Shown here: positions 1-20,207 of the stretch, one piece after another
Numbering within the stretch: position 1 is the stretch's first letter
Layout of the letters: each line of letters opens with the position of its first letter
Assembly (NCBI GenBank): GCA_035084275.1
Contig: CM068747.1
Location: 7,316,001 to 7,380,000 of the forward strand
Direction: 5' to 3'
From: Hydrolagus colliei
Lineage: Eukaryota
Length of the DNA: 64,000 bases
Notes under the pieces: model-generated
Seen by the model: only the letters and a program-made list of their open reading frames with translations
Databases searched by the model: none
Told to the model about the DNA's origin: nothing
Translations under genes and position numbers: made by a program

Positions 1-481
1 GGGTTTGAAAGTCAAGAGAGGTCAAGGTAAATTTGGGGGGTCAGTGGAGGGATTTTGGCAAATGGCTGAAAGCTTGTTTTCAAGTAGTAAATAAAGTGGT
101 GAGCAAGGTAGAAAGCAAAAGATCATAGATGTAGAATGGGCAACACCATGTATGCATTGCAAGCTATAAATCTTAAAGTAATATTTAAATTAATCTGCTG
201 GGGGCTAGGGAAATCCCATTAGAGATTAGTGTGAGAGACAATGAGATACTTCAGAGTTCTGCAACTTTTGAAGGGTAGATATTTGTAAATCATTATTGGG
301 CATTGGAAAAGTTTAGTCCACTCATCAACTGGCCTTGAGTTGGAGGTTCAACAAAATTCTGTGGTTCTGCACAGGCTCTGATTTTGTATTGAAAGTTTAG
401 GAAGACTGATACAGTCAATGCTTGAGATGAGCAGGCAATGGAGGGAACCAAAGAGGATAATCTTAGTTTTGTTGGCATTCT

Positions 482-830
482 TGGAGTCCTGCAGCTCAGT
501 TAGAGCACTTGCTTCATAAACAAGAGAACTGGGTTCTATTCCTGTTTGGGAAAGTTTCCCTACTTCACACGCCTCTGTTTACCTAGCAGTAAGTAGGAAC
601 CCAGTTGTTAGTCGATTGGCGGTTCGCTTTTTCGGAGGTAATAATTCCCTCAAAACAAAATAATAATAAATATTGGTCACTTCAATCTACAACTGTGGGA
701 CATTGCTGTGTGCAATTGGCTGCTGCATTTTGCCCACAAAATATACAATCAATTCACTTTACATTATATATTTTTTGAGATGTCTCGAAAAAGTAATAAG
801 GAGCAATATCAAATGCAAGGATTATTATTC
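482..830 (+). mobile_element. tRNA-derived CORE-like SINE, long form
   Basis: A-box/B-box-like head, GGGNAAGTTTCC..CCTCTGTTTACCTAGCAGTAAGTAGG body, tail ATATCAAATGCAAGGATTATTATT. Confidence 0.8.
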
Positions 831-849
831 TGCTTGAGATGCTTACAGC

Positions 850-1170
850 ATATCTACGATTTGAGAACAAGGAGTGTGTATGATTGGAGGCAGGAAGATA
901 GAGCTGGGTGCATTCACGTACTTGTGGGAGTGACTCAATGTCTGTGGATGACGTTGAGAGGAGGTTGTAGAGGAAAATGAGAGGACTGAAGATAGAGCCC
1001 TGACTATACCAGATGCGGAAACGGTTAGAGAAGATGGATGAAGAAGGGATAGGTAGGAGTGAAAGTAGGAAAGTGCATAGCCACATAGGCACATCAGGGA
1101 GGAGAGACTGGAGAAGAATGGAGTAGTTGGAAGACAGATCAGGTAGGTACACGGACTCCTGGTCACAGAT
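850..1170 (-). mobile_element. Degenerate L2-type LINE reverse-transcriptase fragment
   Basis: Minus-strand translation YSQGSIFSPLIF resembles the RT PQGSxLxPLLF motif. Confidence 0.6.
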
Positions 1171-3620
1171 GGGGAATATGGGAAAGTATTTCTTGTTTAA
1201 GCAGACAGCTATCTGCCATTCTTGTCACGGCCATGGTGCTCTTGACACATGAGAATATACATCACCTCTCATTGTAACGAGAATACCTTCCTCCCTAAAA
1301 ACAATTATCCGGAAACTTTTTCAATATCTATAATATACATTCTAAAAACATTTTATAAATGAATTTATAGAACATCTAGAAAAATAAAATTATTTCTTGA
1401 ATCCGCCAGATATTCACTGAATGACCTAACAAATTTTAGCCTATTTATTTTTCATTTGGCGTGAAATTTCTGTGGAATCATTACATTTAAAGAAAAACTT
1501 TTTACCTCACTTATCTCTTTTGGTAAATTTTAATATTGCTTGACATAATGATCTTTCCCCCAGTAGAAAATAAGTGACATAAGAAATCACTACATCAAAA
1601 TTCTAATGAAGTTTCATAACAGATCTTGCTGTAATTTTGCACGTTTTACCAGTTTCCTCTAGTTGACTCAGGTAACTGAACACATCATATATTTAATTGA
1701 AGAAAGTGAACATGGGCATACTGGTTAAAATGAGTTGTCAGGGATAAATTATGTATATTTACAGATGAGACCTCAGACCAACTCATTTGTATACCATCTG
1801 TTATACTGAACAAGATCCATGAAAGGGAAGCAGTCAACTAAAATCATTTGATACTGTTCGTGAGACACCATTGAGATTAGACAATCTTAATGACATAAAT
1901 TGAAAAGTAGAGTGAAAATGTTAATTTAATTTACTCCATACAGATCCCCAGTCATAATAAAAAATAGTAATTTGAGCGCATACTATTAATGACCCTTTTT
2001 TAGAAAAAACAGTGATCTGCTTGTTGCATTATGAAGAAAGCTACTGCAGGCAAATTTTTATTATTTTGGATGTCATAGCAGTAATACAATTGTATATTTT
2101 AGCTGTTACACGCTTCCTTCAATGTAATTTTGAGAAATGTCATGATATTGACATATTGACATAGATAAAGGCATATTCAACTTACCAAGCCGTGGAAATA
2201 TGCTGCCTGATGTAGCTGTCTCTACTTCAAAGCCACTACATTTTGCCCACAAGATATACAGTCAATCCACTTTACAGAATATTCTGCGAAGTGTTTTGAG
2301 ATTTCTCAAATACTTGTTAAGATGCTATATCAAATCAAAGAATGATTATTATTTTACTCCTAAAATACAAATCTTTTGTTCCAATGTTTTAAGTGTTAAT
2401 GTTACATGTTAATGTTACATCAGTCTCCATATTGGACAGCAGTATTTTTGTGTTGAATGGGAATGTCATTTAACCATAACTGAGCTATGTTCATGCACTC
2501 CCAAAACACATAGATGTTATGGTTTATCACTGGTGTAATGGTATTTGGGTGAAATTATTGCCTGTATACATTCCCCATCATGATGATCAGAGGGTAGGAC
2601 AACATCAAGCCTGAATCTGTCTATATGAATGCAAACCCATGCCCCAACTTCATCCATAAATGTGTACTATTCATTGTAAGGTGACCAGTGTGCATGAGTG
2701 CAATACTGTACATGCAATACCAATCTCCTGTTAGATATCTGCAGATGTATGGGCCAGGTCCTCACTCCATTTTCTATTACCATTCCCTAAGTATAATGAC
2801 AGCATAAGCTTCAAAAATATATTTAAAACCAAGGCCAGATTAAAAGAGTGCCATAGCACTAAACCAGCAGATGTACATTGGAAGATTAGGCTCAAATAAA
2901 CACTTTATCCACACAAGTTTGTAGAAGATTTTATTCAAAGATTACACCGTAATTCTAAAGGTTGTGGTTTCAAGCTGCTGATGCCATGTTAGTTATTACT
3001 TTTCCATGATTGTAAAAATGTTGCCATTTGAACTATTAACATCACTGTTTCTTTCTGGGAATTTACAGAGTATGGCATATTCTCGAGTCCACATTTGTCA
3101 TTCTATTTCTTTCCTTTCATCTCCTCTTTCCAGAGAAAACTAACCTCAGAGCAAAGCAATGTCCTCTGAACTAATAGCTATGGTCTGTGCATTCATGTGC
3201 ATTCAGTGATCTCCAATTTCAATGGGTGACTACAGATCTGAAGAGCCGGATCCTGAAAGGTTTATTCAACATTGTTTAAAGACAACTAAAATAACTTCTC
3301 GTGCTGCATTTTACCCTAATGGAACAAATCAGGGTTGCAAGAGTGGACCAAAATTTAAATAAAGTTTGTGAAAATCATGGAAAAACAAGGCTGGTGTACA
3401 TGATCACACATTCCTTTAACATTTTGATAACATCTTGATAGTCATGCCACCACATAAATTCACCGTGGATCAGTTTAGCAGAATGTGAGTAAATGAAGAG
3501 GCTTGGCTGTAGGGTGAAACTGAGCACTAATTATGTTGTAGAAGTGGAAAGGATTGCTCTGTGGATCTCACACACCTATTGCTGCACACTGCTAATCACT
3601 TATTCCTCATATTTACACAG

Positions 3621-11542
<7,922 letters not shown>

Positions 11543-11898
11543 ACACCTTTCTCTGCTATTCAAGTCATGTGACCATTCTACGTAAAACATAAGCATCTGC
11601 TTTCACACCCTGTTTGTAAAATTTGTATATGAAGTCCTGCCTCATAGACAATACTTAGAATGGTTGATTTTCAAAAAATTATAAAGTTGTTTCCAATTCT
11701 GATCCGTGGTTCCTTTCTTAATTCAGCAATGGAATTGATGCCAGGCTCTCCATTCCTCACCAATCCGTGCTTTAATATAGTTTTTCTCTTCCACATTTAC
11801 TTAAAATTAACTTGCTTGCAAAAATGTATTTGCATTTCCTCTGTATACTTTTAGTTAAGTCATTACAGGTGACATGATTGCAGCCTCTTTTTATAAAA

Positions 11899-11917
11899 AA
11901 TAAAAATAATTAATAAA
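11899..11917 (+). terminator. Candidate polyadenylation signals of the PCBP3-like gene
   Basis: Two AATAAA hexamers (11899-11904, 11912-11917) about 360 bp after the stop, followed by a T/GT-rich tract. Confidence 0.5.
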
Positions 11918-14835
11918 CCTTGATGTAACCCAATTACTTTGGTTTGGTGGTCATTTTGTTGGAGCTGATGGAAAAGAGGAAAAGTCGAGGAAGTGCAACT
12001 TTTACAAAACACATGTTCCCTTACTGTGTCTTTATGATTAGTTGTATTATCCTACAATTTACCATTAAACTCTGTGTACGGCACGCTGCGTGCTGCTGTA
12101 GTGTGTCTTGATTAAACCTTGACAAGCATCTGTCTCTTTAGACGATATGAAGAGTGGAACCAATCTGTTCCCACTCAAATAAAGCAAAAGGGTTGAAGCC
12201 ACTAAATGTTATAAGTAACTTGCCTCAAACGGGCCAAAACCGTGGGCAAGTTTCCTTACTCCATAAGTCAGATTGGTCATTTTCAATCCACAACTGTTTG
12301 TGGGATACTGCTGTACGCAATTGGCTGCTGCATTTCACCCACAAATACGGTCAATTCTCTTTTACAGTATATTCTGTGAAGCGCTTTGAGACGTCTAGAA
12401 GACGTGAAAAGTGCTATATCAAATGCAAGTATTTTCTTCGAAATGGAAATTGATTTTAATACCTATGAATTAAACTTATTTATATGGCAGTTGATTTATA
12501 AGAGTTATGGCAATCGTGGATTTGACTCGGGTTCGGTGCAAGTTATCAGAAAGGATCCATTTACATGCTTTGAATTTCTTATTGATGGAATCCATTAATA
12601 AATAATGTAATTAAAATTGCATTATGACTAGGGATGTATTTTGGGAACACACCAAAAGATAAATTGATATTTATTGAAGATGTGTAGAATGATGGCAAGA
12701 AAGGCAGTCAGTCAGGCCAGAGTGTAAATGGAAAGTAACAATCTAGTTAAGAGAAATACATATCTGGATCAAGCATAGTCAAGTAAAAAAATACTCAATT
12801 AATACTCTTGATTCATCCAGCAACTGCTGTGAACTCTTACTTATTGACTGCTTTTTATTTTTCTATACGATTCAACTGGTTTCACATCTGGTTTATACAT
12901 AACTTCAGATTGATGCCTTTAAGTGTGTACTAAGCATGCTGGTAATTCTGTATCTACTTGGATGCAAGAGGATATGGAGTTCTACAGGGCATATGCTGCA
13001 ATTCTGTAATAGCCAGCTGTATAAAACTAATATATAGATAGATAAAATATATATAGATATATATATATATAATACAACTGTTTGTGGTATAACGTGTTGT
13101 TTGGACCTGCAGAAACCAAGCATATACAATTAATATTATTGTCTCATATCCACCTCTACCCAGAAACTAACATTACTATCATAGCAGCTATGCTTGCTCA
13201 CTTTCAGCTTCTCTACCACTAACCTTTCACCTCTACTTCAATGAACATGCTGTTGCATAGTTAGTATCTTTGTTTACACAAAAGTCTTTACTGCACCAAT
13301 ACAAGTAGAATCAGAATGTTCAAACACAGACTCACTGATATAATATTTTTGCATTGTAAGGGTTGATTTAAATTGGTGACCCTGCGGTGAAGTAAGGACT
13401 GACACAAATTTGTACAATTAATATGCATGTTTATTAATTCAGGTTAGTAATAGTTATAAGTATTTAAAAGTATCACCACAACAATCCTTACGTATTGACG
13501 CATAGCTCACAATGGAAGTTGACCAAACCAACTGCTGTGGGTGAGATAGAGTAGCAAAGTCCAATTTAATCTCTGTATTAATCCAAATATAAGTCCTCAA
13601 AGGGTATCCCAAGTATTGTTGTACGGTTTCTAGTTCGACATCCAAAAGTATCCAGGTATTATTGTACCGATCCCTGTTCGATATACAAGTACCACTGTAC
13701 GTCTAGAGTTGCTCCACTCATAGTCTTGATCTTCCCTTTCTTCTGAAGCTGGAACATAGATTCGCAGTTCCAATTTCTCCTTTCTCCAACTTCTTCCTCG
13801 TTTTTAAAGACTTACTACTATAAAAAAACATATTCTAATGTAGAAGAAAGCAGCTGATATAACTCAGATTTCGATAATCAGTAGGTCAATCCCAGAATTT
13901 AGAATGCCATTCCCAGATGTTCCCATTGAAGATTTAATAACTGCATTTGACTGTAACCTTCTGGTGTTTATTCAGCCCAGTTTTTCAATGGCTCTTACAT
14001 TCTCACATTCCTCAATATCTGTACCCAGAAAAACAAGTTGGCTCGAACTCCCATTGTCTCCCCAACATCTGAATGGTTTAACAAACTTGTATTCGTTTAG
14101 CCTGGTCAGTTAAAACTGTTATCTGTTTAACTCTGGAAGTGAGGATTTTTATCATTTTAAGATTCAGGACTTACACAACATTGCTGAGTTTGTGGAATCT
14201 TTCTTGTAAATTTCTGGATATTTAATGTGTCTTCCAAGTAACCAAATCACCTTGCTTGTAGTTGCAAGCATTCTCATAATGTTGAGCTATAATATGCTGA
14301 GTTATGAAATCAGCTAAAGACTCTTCAAATTCCTTTGGCTGTCAAGTAAAAATTTCCGCTGGCATCTGTTTAAGCAGGGTAATCATTTGTCTTCCGTTTT
14401 TTCTGCTTGTCTCTAGCAGCCTCTTTGACGCCTGCCTTAAAAAAGCTGGGGATTTGGCCAAGGCTGGGCTTCAGATTTCGGAACAGTTGGCAACCTTAGC
14501 TGCAATGTTCCAATGCCATGGTGCTTTATTTGCTGTTAGTTACTGTGAAACAGACTGGATCGATTTATTATTTAGTAATGCCCAAACCACACAGATTTTA
14601 TTTAGGCCGAGTTTAGATATTCAACATCAACAGACACGATGGGCCGAATGGCCTCGTTTTGTGCTTTAAAATTCTATGAATCTAAGATGCTTAAAGATGT
14701 TTAAAATATTTAAAGCTACCTAGGCAGGTTTGGGCTAAAGTCTGTTGGAAAAGTTCACACCGTGGTTGCTAAGCTATTTTTGTTATTCCTTTGTTATTTC
14801 TGCCCACTCCATTGACAGTAAAATATTTGCAACAT

Positions 14836-14848
14836 CGCCATCTACTGG
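14836..14848 (-). promoter_or_regulatory. CTCF core motif
   Basis: Minus strand CCAGTAGATGGCG matches the CCASYAGRKGGCR consensus at all 13 positions; intergenic between the PCBP and PARP genes. Confidence 0.55.
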
Positions 14849-14917
14849 GAAAATGCAAGTCTTTCTTGCTTGATTACTCTGGACTTTCTACCTCTCTAAC
14901 CTTGGAGCAAGCATAGT

Positions 14918-15362
14918 GCAACAACAACAAAATTGCACTTATATAGCGACTTTCACATCGGGAGGACGTCCCAAAGTGCTGAACAGTCTGGTCAGGACCT
15001 GGGAGGGGGGGGTGTGGGGGGGGGGGGGGTGGAGGATGATCAAAGAAGGGGGAAGGAGAGTGGGAGAGGGGGGGGAAGAGTAGTGGCGCAGCCGAAAGCG
15101 CGGTCGAAGAGGAAGATCTTGAGACCGGCCTTGAAGAAGAAAAGGGAGGAAGCGAGGCGGAGGGGCTGCGGGATGAAGTCCCACAGTGTGGGAGCAGAGA
15201 GGATGAAAGCCCGGCCGCCGATGGTTGGGCAGTTAGGGCGGTGGACGCGGAGCAGGCCTGAGTCTGCTGAACGGAGGGTGCGAACAGGCTGGTAGGGAGA
15301 CAGTAGGTCAGAGAGATAGGTGGGGGCAAGGCCGTGAATGGCCTTGAAAGTGAGGATTAGCA
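14918..15362 (-). mobile_element. L2-type LINE 3' fragment, (TTG)n tail family, with poly-C tract
   Basis: Tail GCACTTTGGGACGTCCTCCCGATGTGAAAGTCGCTATATAAGTGCAATTTTGTTGTTG on the minus strand; ORF2 C-terminal remnant. Confidence 0.8.
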
Positions 15363-15740
15363 GGGATGTCAGCTGTAATTGCTTTCAGAAGTCCAATGGT
15401 GTTCTTTGCACATGTCTGGATGTCAGATGAGGAACAGAATGTGTCCATGCTGAGATTCCCCCTATCCCCGTTGATCAAAACACCAATTCTCACCATCTGG
15501 GATTAAACACGAGGTAGTGGTTTGCTATTCTCCTGCTTAGTGAATGGCCGGAGTTTGAAGCACCATAATCCCAGCAAAGAGTTTTAAGAAAAGAAGAGGG
15601 AATGGAGAGAAATTGCAAGAGAAATGTTGTGAACATTTGTACATGTACACCTAAACAGTTAAAGTGAAGCCTCATTATGGAGAGCTGCTGAGTAATGATT
15701 TTCAAACCATGAGAGCCCGGAGACTAATTGGCCAGTCACA

Positions 15741-15754
15741 AGTTTCAGTTTCAT
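15741..15754 (+). promoter_or_regulatory. Interferon-stimulated response element (ISRE)
   Basis: AGTTTCAGTTTCAT fits AGTTTCNNTTTCNY (reverse GAAACTGAAACT), 78-91 bp upstream of the PARP ATG; inverted CCAAT (ATTGG) just upstream near 15727. Confidence 0.7.
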
Positions 15755-15831
15755 TTCCTTGTTTCTGTGTCTTCCAGAAGCTTTGCTAAACCCAGCTGCA
15801 TTTAAACAGGAAAAGAGACAAATCCTAAGCA

Positions 15832-16163
15832 ATGTCTCAAGTGACGGATCTCACAGAGGTTTGTATAAAGACCCTGTGCTCTAATCAGGGAGCTCTGGAG
15901 TATGGTACACTCTATTCAATACTCAGCACAGATTTCAAAGTTTCTGAAACCGAACTGAGTCGGGTCTTAGGAAATACTGAGGCCTTTGTTGCAGTGAACA
16001 AAACCAAGTCAGCGGGATCAAACATTGCTCCAGGTAATGTGATCATCGCCCTGACCTCGGTTAGGCTGTGCAGGAGGTATTCTAAGGCCAACTGCAACAA
16101 TTGTGGATTTCTGCACCTCTGCCGTCGCTTTGTCTATGATGACTGCAAACCAACCAATGCCAA
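15832..16163 (+). CDS. PARP12: PARP12/ZAP-like exon 1 (N-terminal helical domain, ZnF1, part of ZnF2)
   Basis: [24 protein letters not shown]...[27 protein letters not shown]; donor gtaagt at 16164. Confidence 0.9.
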
Positions 16164-19100
16164 GTAAGTCACTCACTCGTACGATAACTAGCATAGTTAC
16201 CGCAGTGTTTTTAGAGAGTTATTGATGTGGGCTTTAGACACAGGCATCTGAAACGGGCACAGAGGGAAAAGAAACAGGAGGGGGGCCCCTCAACCCCCAC
16301 CTCCCCTCCTCCCCCTTTGCAGTATTGTTGTTAGTTGGAAGCTTTGTTAAACCCAGCTCAGATCCGGAATAGTGACTACAACAACAATAACAACTTTGAT
16401 TTATATCGCGCCCTCCATGCTGGACGGCTTCACAGAGCGCTTCAAAACAACGGATGCCGGGACCGAGCCAGGGGCAGGGGTAGAAAGGTGACCAAAGGCA
16501 CGGTTGAATAGAAAGGTCTCTAGCTGGGACCTATCCAGCACCTTGGGACGTCTTCCTGATGTGAAAGACGCTATACAAATGTAATTTTGTTGTTGTTGTA
16601 GAAGTACTTAATAATAATAATAATAATCTTTGCATTTGATATAGCCCTATTCACGTCTTCTAGACATTTCAAAGCACTTCACAGAAGATACTCTGAAGTG
16701 AATTGACTTTGTGTGAGAAACATACTTTAATTGCATAATAGTTAAACAGTATCAGGGTTTAACTGTAGTTAGATGCCCAGAGGATGGGTGTGAGTGCCAT
16801 GATTTTCATAGATGATGAAATGTTGCGGCAGAAAATGGTGTGTTGCCAAGTTGATATGATATTTTCCGACAGGGATGGAGTGGTGAGGAAGTTATCACTG
16901 TCAGACATTGTTACTTGACTAAGATAACGACAATTCCTTATAAGAAAAAACACAGCGGTTAATAGGACTTGGTGAATAAGTATTAGTACTGAGTATTATT
17001 GACTGGCATTCTCAATGCATGTGTACATCACCACACCCCAATCAGATATGCACTCGCCTTTGTGATTGTGATTGTTTCATGCTTAGCAACTAACAAAAAG
17101 ATTCTTGAAAAAGTTCAAATATTTACTTCTGGGATTGTTGTTTTTCCATTTTAGGAAAATCTGCCCACAATCTCACGACACCCATTCCCCCCACAACTCT
17201 GCCATCCTGACTGCTAATGGGCTAGGAAACCTGAATACAGTGGAACTACGCCAGCTACTGCTACAGAATGATCCCGTCTTGTTGCCCGAGGTAGAAGGCC
17301 TGGATTTATGCTGAGAAATGTTAAAATCTGTACCAAATGGCAAAAAAAATTCTCTTCAAATTCAGTCCTGTTACTGATTTCCAGCTAATCGTTACGTGTC
17401 AAACACTTAAAAAGTTTAAAAAGGGCTGATGGAATGAATAGAGATTGGAGGTAATTCATTCTTAGCCGTTCTTGCAGTCAAGTGGGAAGAGAGAAGGTGG
17501 TAATGACCAAGTTGGATGATTTTTGGTTGTTTTTCTGATTTTTTTTTACCAAGGTTTGTCCATTTTACAACAAAGGAAGTGGTCCAGACGGAGCCTGTAG
17601 CTTCAAGCAAACCTGCAAAAATATTCATATCTGCCTTCCATTTATTCTGGACGTCTGTCATCTTGGCAGCCAGTGTGTACGATCGCACAGTTTCCTGGAG
17701 AGCCGGACTCTCTTCGAGAGCCGCCGATTAAACATAGAGTTGGTGTGTGATTTACCATCAGTTTATTTCAACATCTGTGGAATTAAAAGATCAAAATCTG
17801 TCAATGTCAAAGGTGGAGTTTTTTTTTCTCATTTCAATATTTTTCGTTAATAATAATTCTTGTATCGATATGCTGCATATAAAGTATGCCACAAAGTCTT
17901 TGTATAGTATGTATTTGTGGGTGAAAGCGACAGGCAATCATTGTTGTGAATTCATCAATCCTTGGCCAAGGAAGGAGAGGATTTCTCCTCTCTGGAAAAA
18001 CATATCTGAAATGTACTCGTTTCAAATATCTACCAGTTTTTATTTGGGGGAAGAGAGAAATGTCAGTGTTTGTGTGTATCTGAATCCTGTTGGCATCACT
18101 GCCTGTGATGGATATGGCAGTATTATTATTGCTCAGTTTTGACCCTGAGTTTTTATTTTTTCTCTCTGTTCAGTTCCAGAGAAGAGTACCAAAGTCAGAA
18201 AGCCTTCCAGCGATCGCAAGAGTGACTTGGACAGTGAGGAGATTTGCTTATTCTTTCTCAGGAAGCATTGTTCCTATAAAGGTACCAAATCCCCCCCCCC
18301 CCCCCCCATGTGCTGTGCCTTGTTCTTTAAGATTCACCAATTATAAATGAGTTGCAATTAGAGAGGACAGTTTGTTTTCATCAATGGCTTAATGTGAATA
18401 AATATATCTTCAATAACCTTCTGCTTCTCAGACACTGAGCACTCTCTGTGTCCTGATAAAACTCCAGGAGTGGGTCTGACTGTAGGGACATGTTTCTGCC
18501 ACTCATTGAAGTCTAAAGATCACTCACTTATCGAAAGTATTAGATCATTGACTCCTTTGGTTAATCAATAACAGGCTATGTGGCTGGATATCAGGCCATA
18601 AACAGGACTAGATATTTGAAGAAAAACACAAAATACTACTTGTAGAGTTGCTGCTGGAAATCTGAAACAAAAACAGTCACTTGGAATAATCAGCAGGTCA
18701 GGCAGCATTTATGGAGAAAGGAAAGTGGGTCAACGTTTTGGGTCCTCTGTCAGAACTGGAGCATTTTTCTTTTCACCGTTTCCTCCTCTTGCTGCCAACA
18801 TGCCCCAGTTCTGAAGAAGAGTCATGGATCCAAACCCATCCATTGACTCACTTTCTTTCTCCATAGATGCTGCCTGACCTGCTGAATGTTCCCAACGACT
18901 TCGGTTTTTGCTGGAGACTTGAAAATTCTTTTACCTCCCCCTCCGCTCACACTCCCCCCAAAAGAGGGGCACAGAAAAGTCAATGTATATAACAGACACC
19001 AAACTAAACTAATTTATAATGTTAATCAGAAGGATATTAGGATAATAGGAGTCCTGTAGCTCAATGGTTGGAGCACATGCCTTGCAAGAGACCTGGTTTG

Positions 19101-20169
19101 ATTCCAGGCAGGGTGAAACCTTGGGCAAATTTCCTTTCTCCACAATAATCCCTGATAATAATCCCTTGAGAAAAACAATTTAAAAAATTGGTCGTCTCAG
19201 TTCGCGACTGTTTGCGAGACACTGCTGTGTGCAACTGGCTGCCGTGTTTTGCCCACAAAATACACAGTCAATTAACTTTACAGTATATTCCGTGAAGCGC
19301 TTTGAGACTCTAGAAGACATGAAAAGCGATATATCAAATGCCACGATTATTATTAATATTATATTGGAAGAACTCCACTTAACGGGTAAAGGCAAATCCT
19401 GAGCAGCAATTTGGCTGGAATCTATGGTCCTGACTTGTGCAGTCCTGATTAGTTAGAGCACTCGCCTCACAAGAACAGGAGCTGGGCTTGATTGCCAGGC
19501 AGGGCAAAATGTTAGGCAAGTTTCCTTACTCCATACACCTCTGTTTCCCTAGCAGTAAGTAGGAACCCAGTTGTTAGTCAATTCATCGCTTTTCCTTGGG
19601 TAATAATCCCTTCAAAATTATTCTTAATAAATATTTATTAAAATTAATAATTTAGTCCTTCAATCCACCACTGTTTGTGGGATACTGCTGCAGGTGTAAT
19701 TGGCTGCCGTGTTTCTCCGACAAAATATATGATCAATTCATTTTATATTATATGAAGCACTTTGTGGCGTGTCAAAGACTTGATAAGGCCCTATATCAAA
19801 TACTATTGCATTTGAAATAGTATTATTATTCTACAGAATAGGCAATAGTAGTTAAGTGGAAGGCTGACTCCAAAGTATGGTGTGTGTGAAATAACCCTTG
19901 TGAAATAACCCAAATTATTTTCTAATCAGATGCGTGTAAACTGGTACATTGCAAGCTCCCCTACCAATGGCAATTTTATGAAGGACAGTGGAAGGATTTC
20001 CCAAACACGGAGGAGATAGAAAAGGACTTCTGTGATCCGTCAAACATGGTCAGGTTGGTTCTGCATGTATTTACCAGGGGAACTGAATTGTGGTTGATCG
20101 TTCTAAACTTTCAATTATTCAGTTATAATTGGCAGTTTCTGATAGATTAGTTCATGACAGTGAAAATAA

Positions 20170-20207
<38 letters not shown>

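Noticed and set aside
14030-14095. KPFRCWGDNGSS on the minus strand as a viral packaging-ATPase P-loop
   Set aside because: It lacks the GK[ST] signature; the resemblance is too weak to name a protein.
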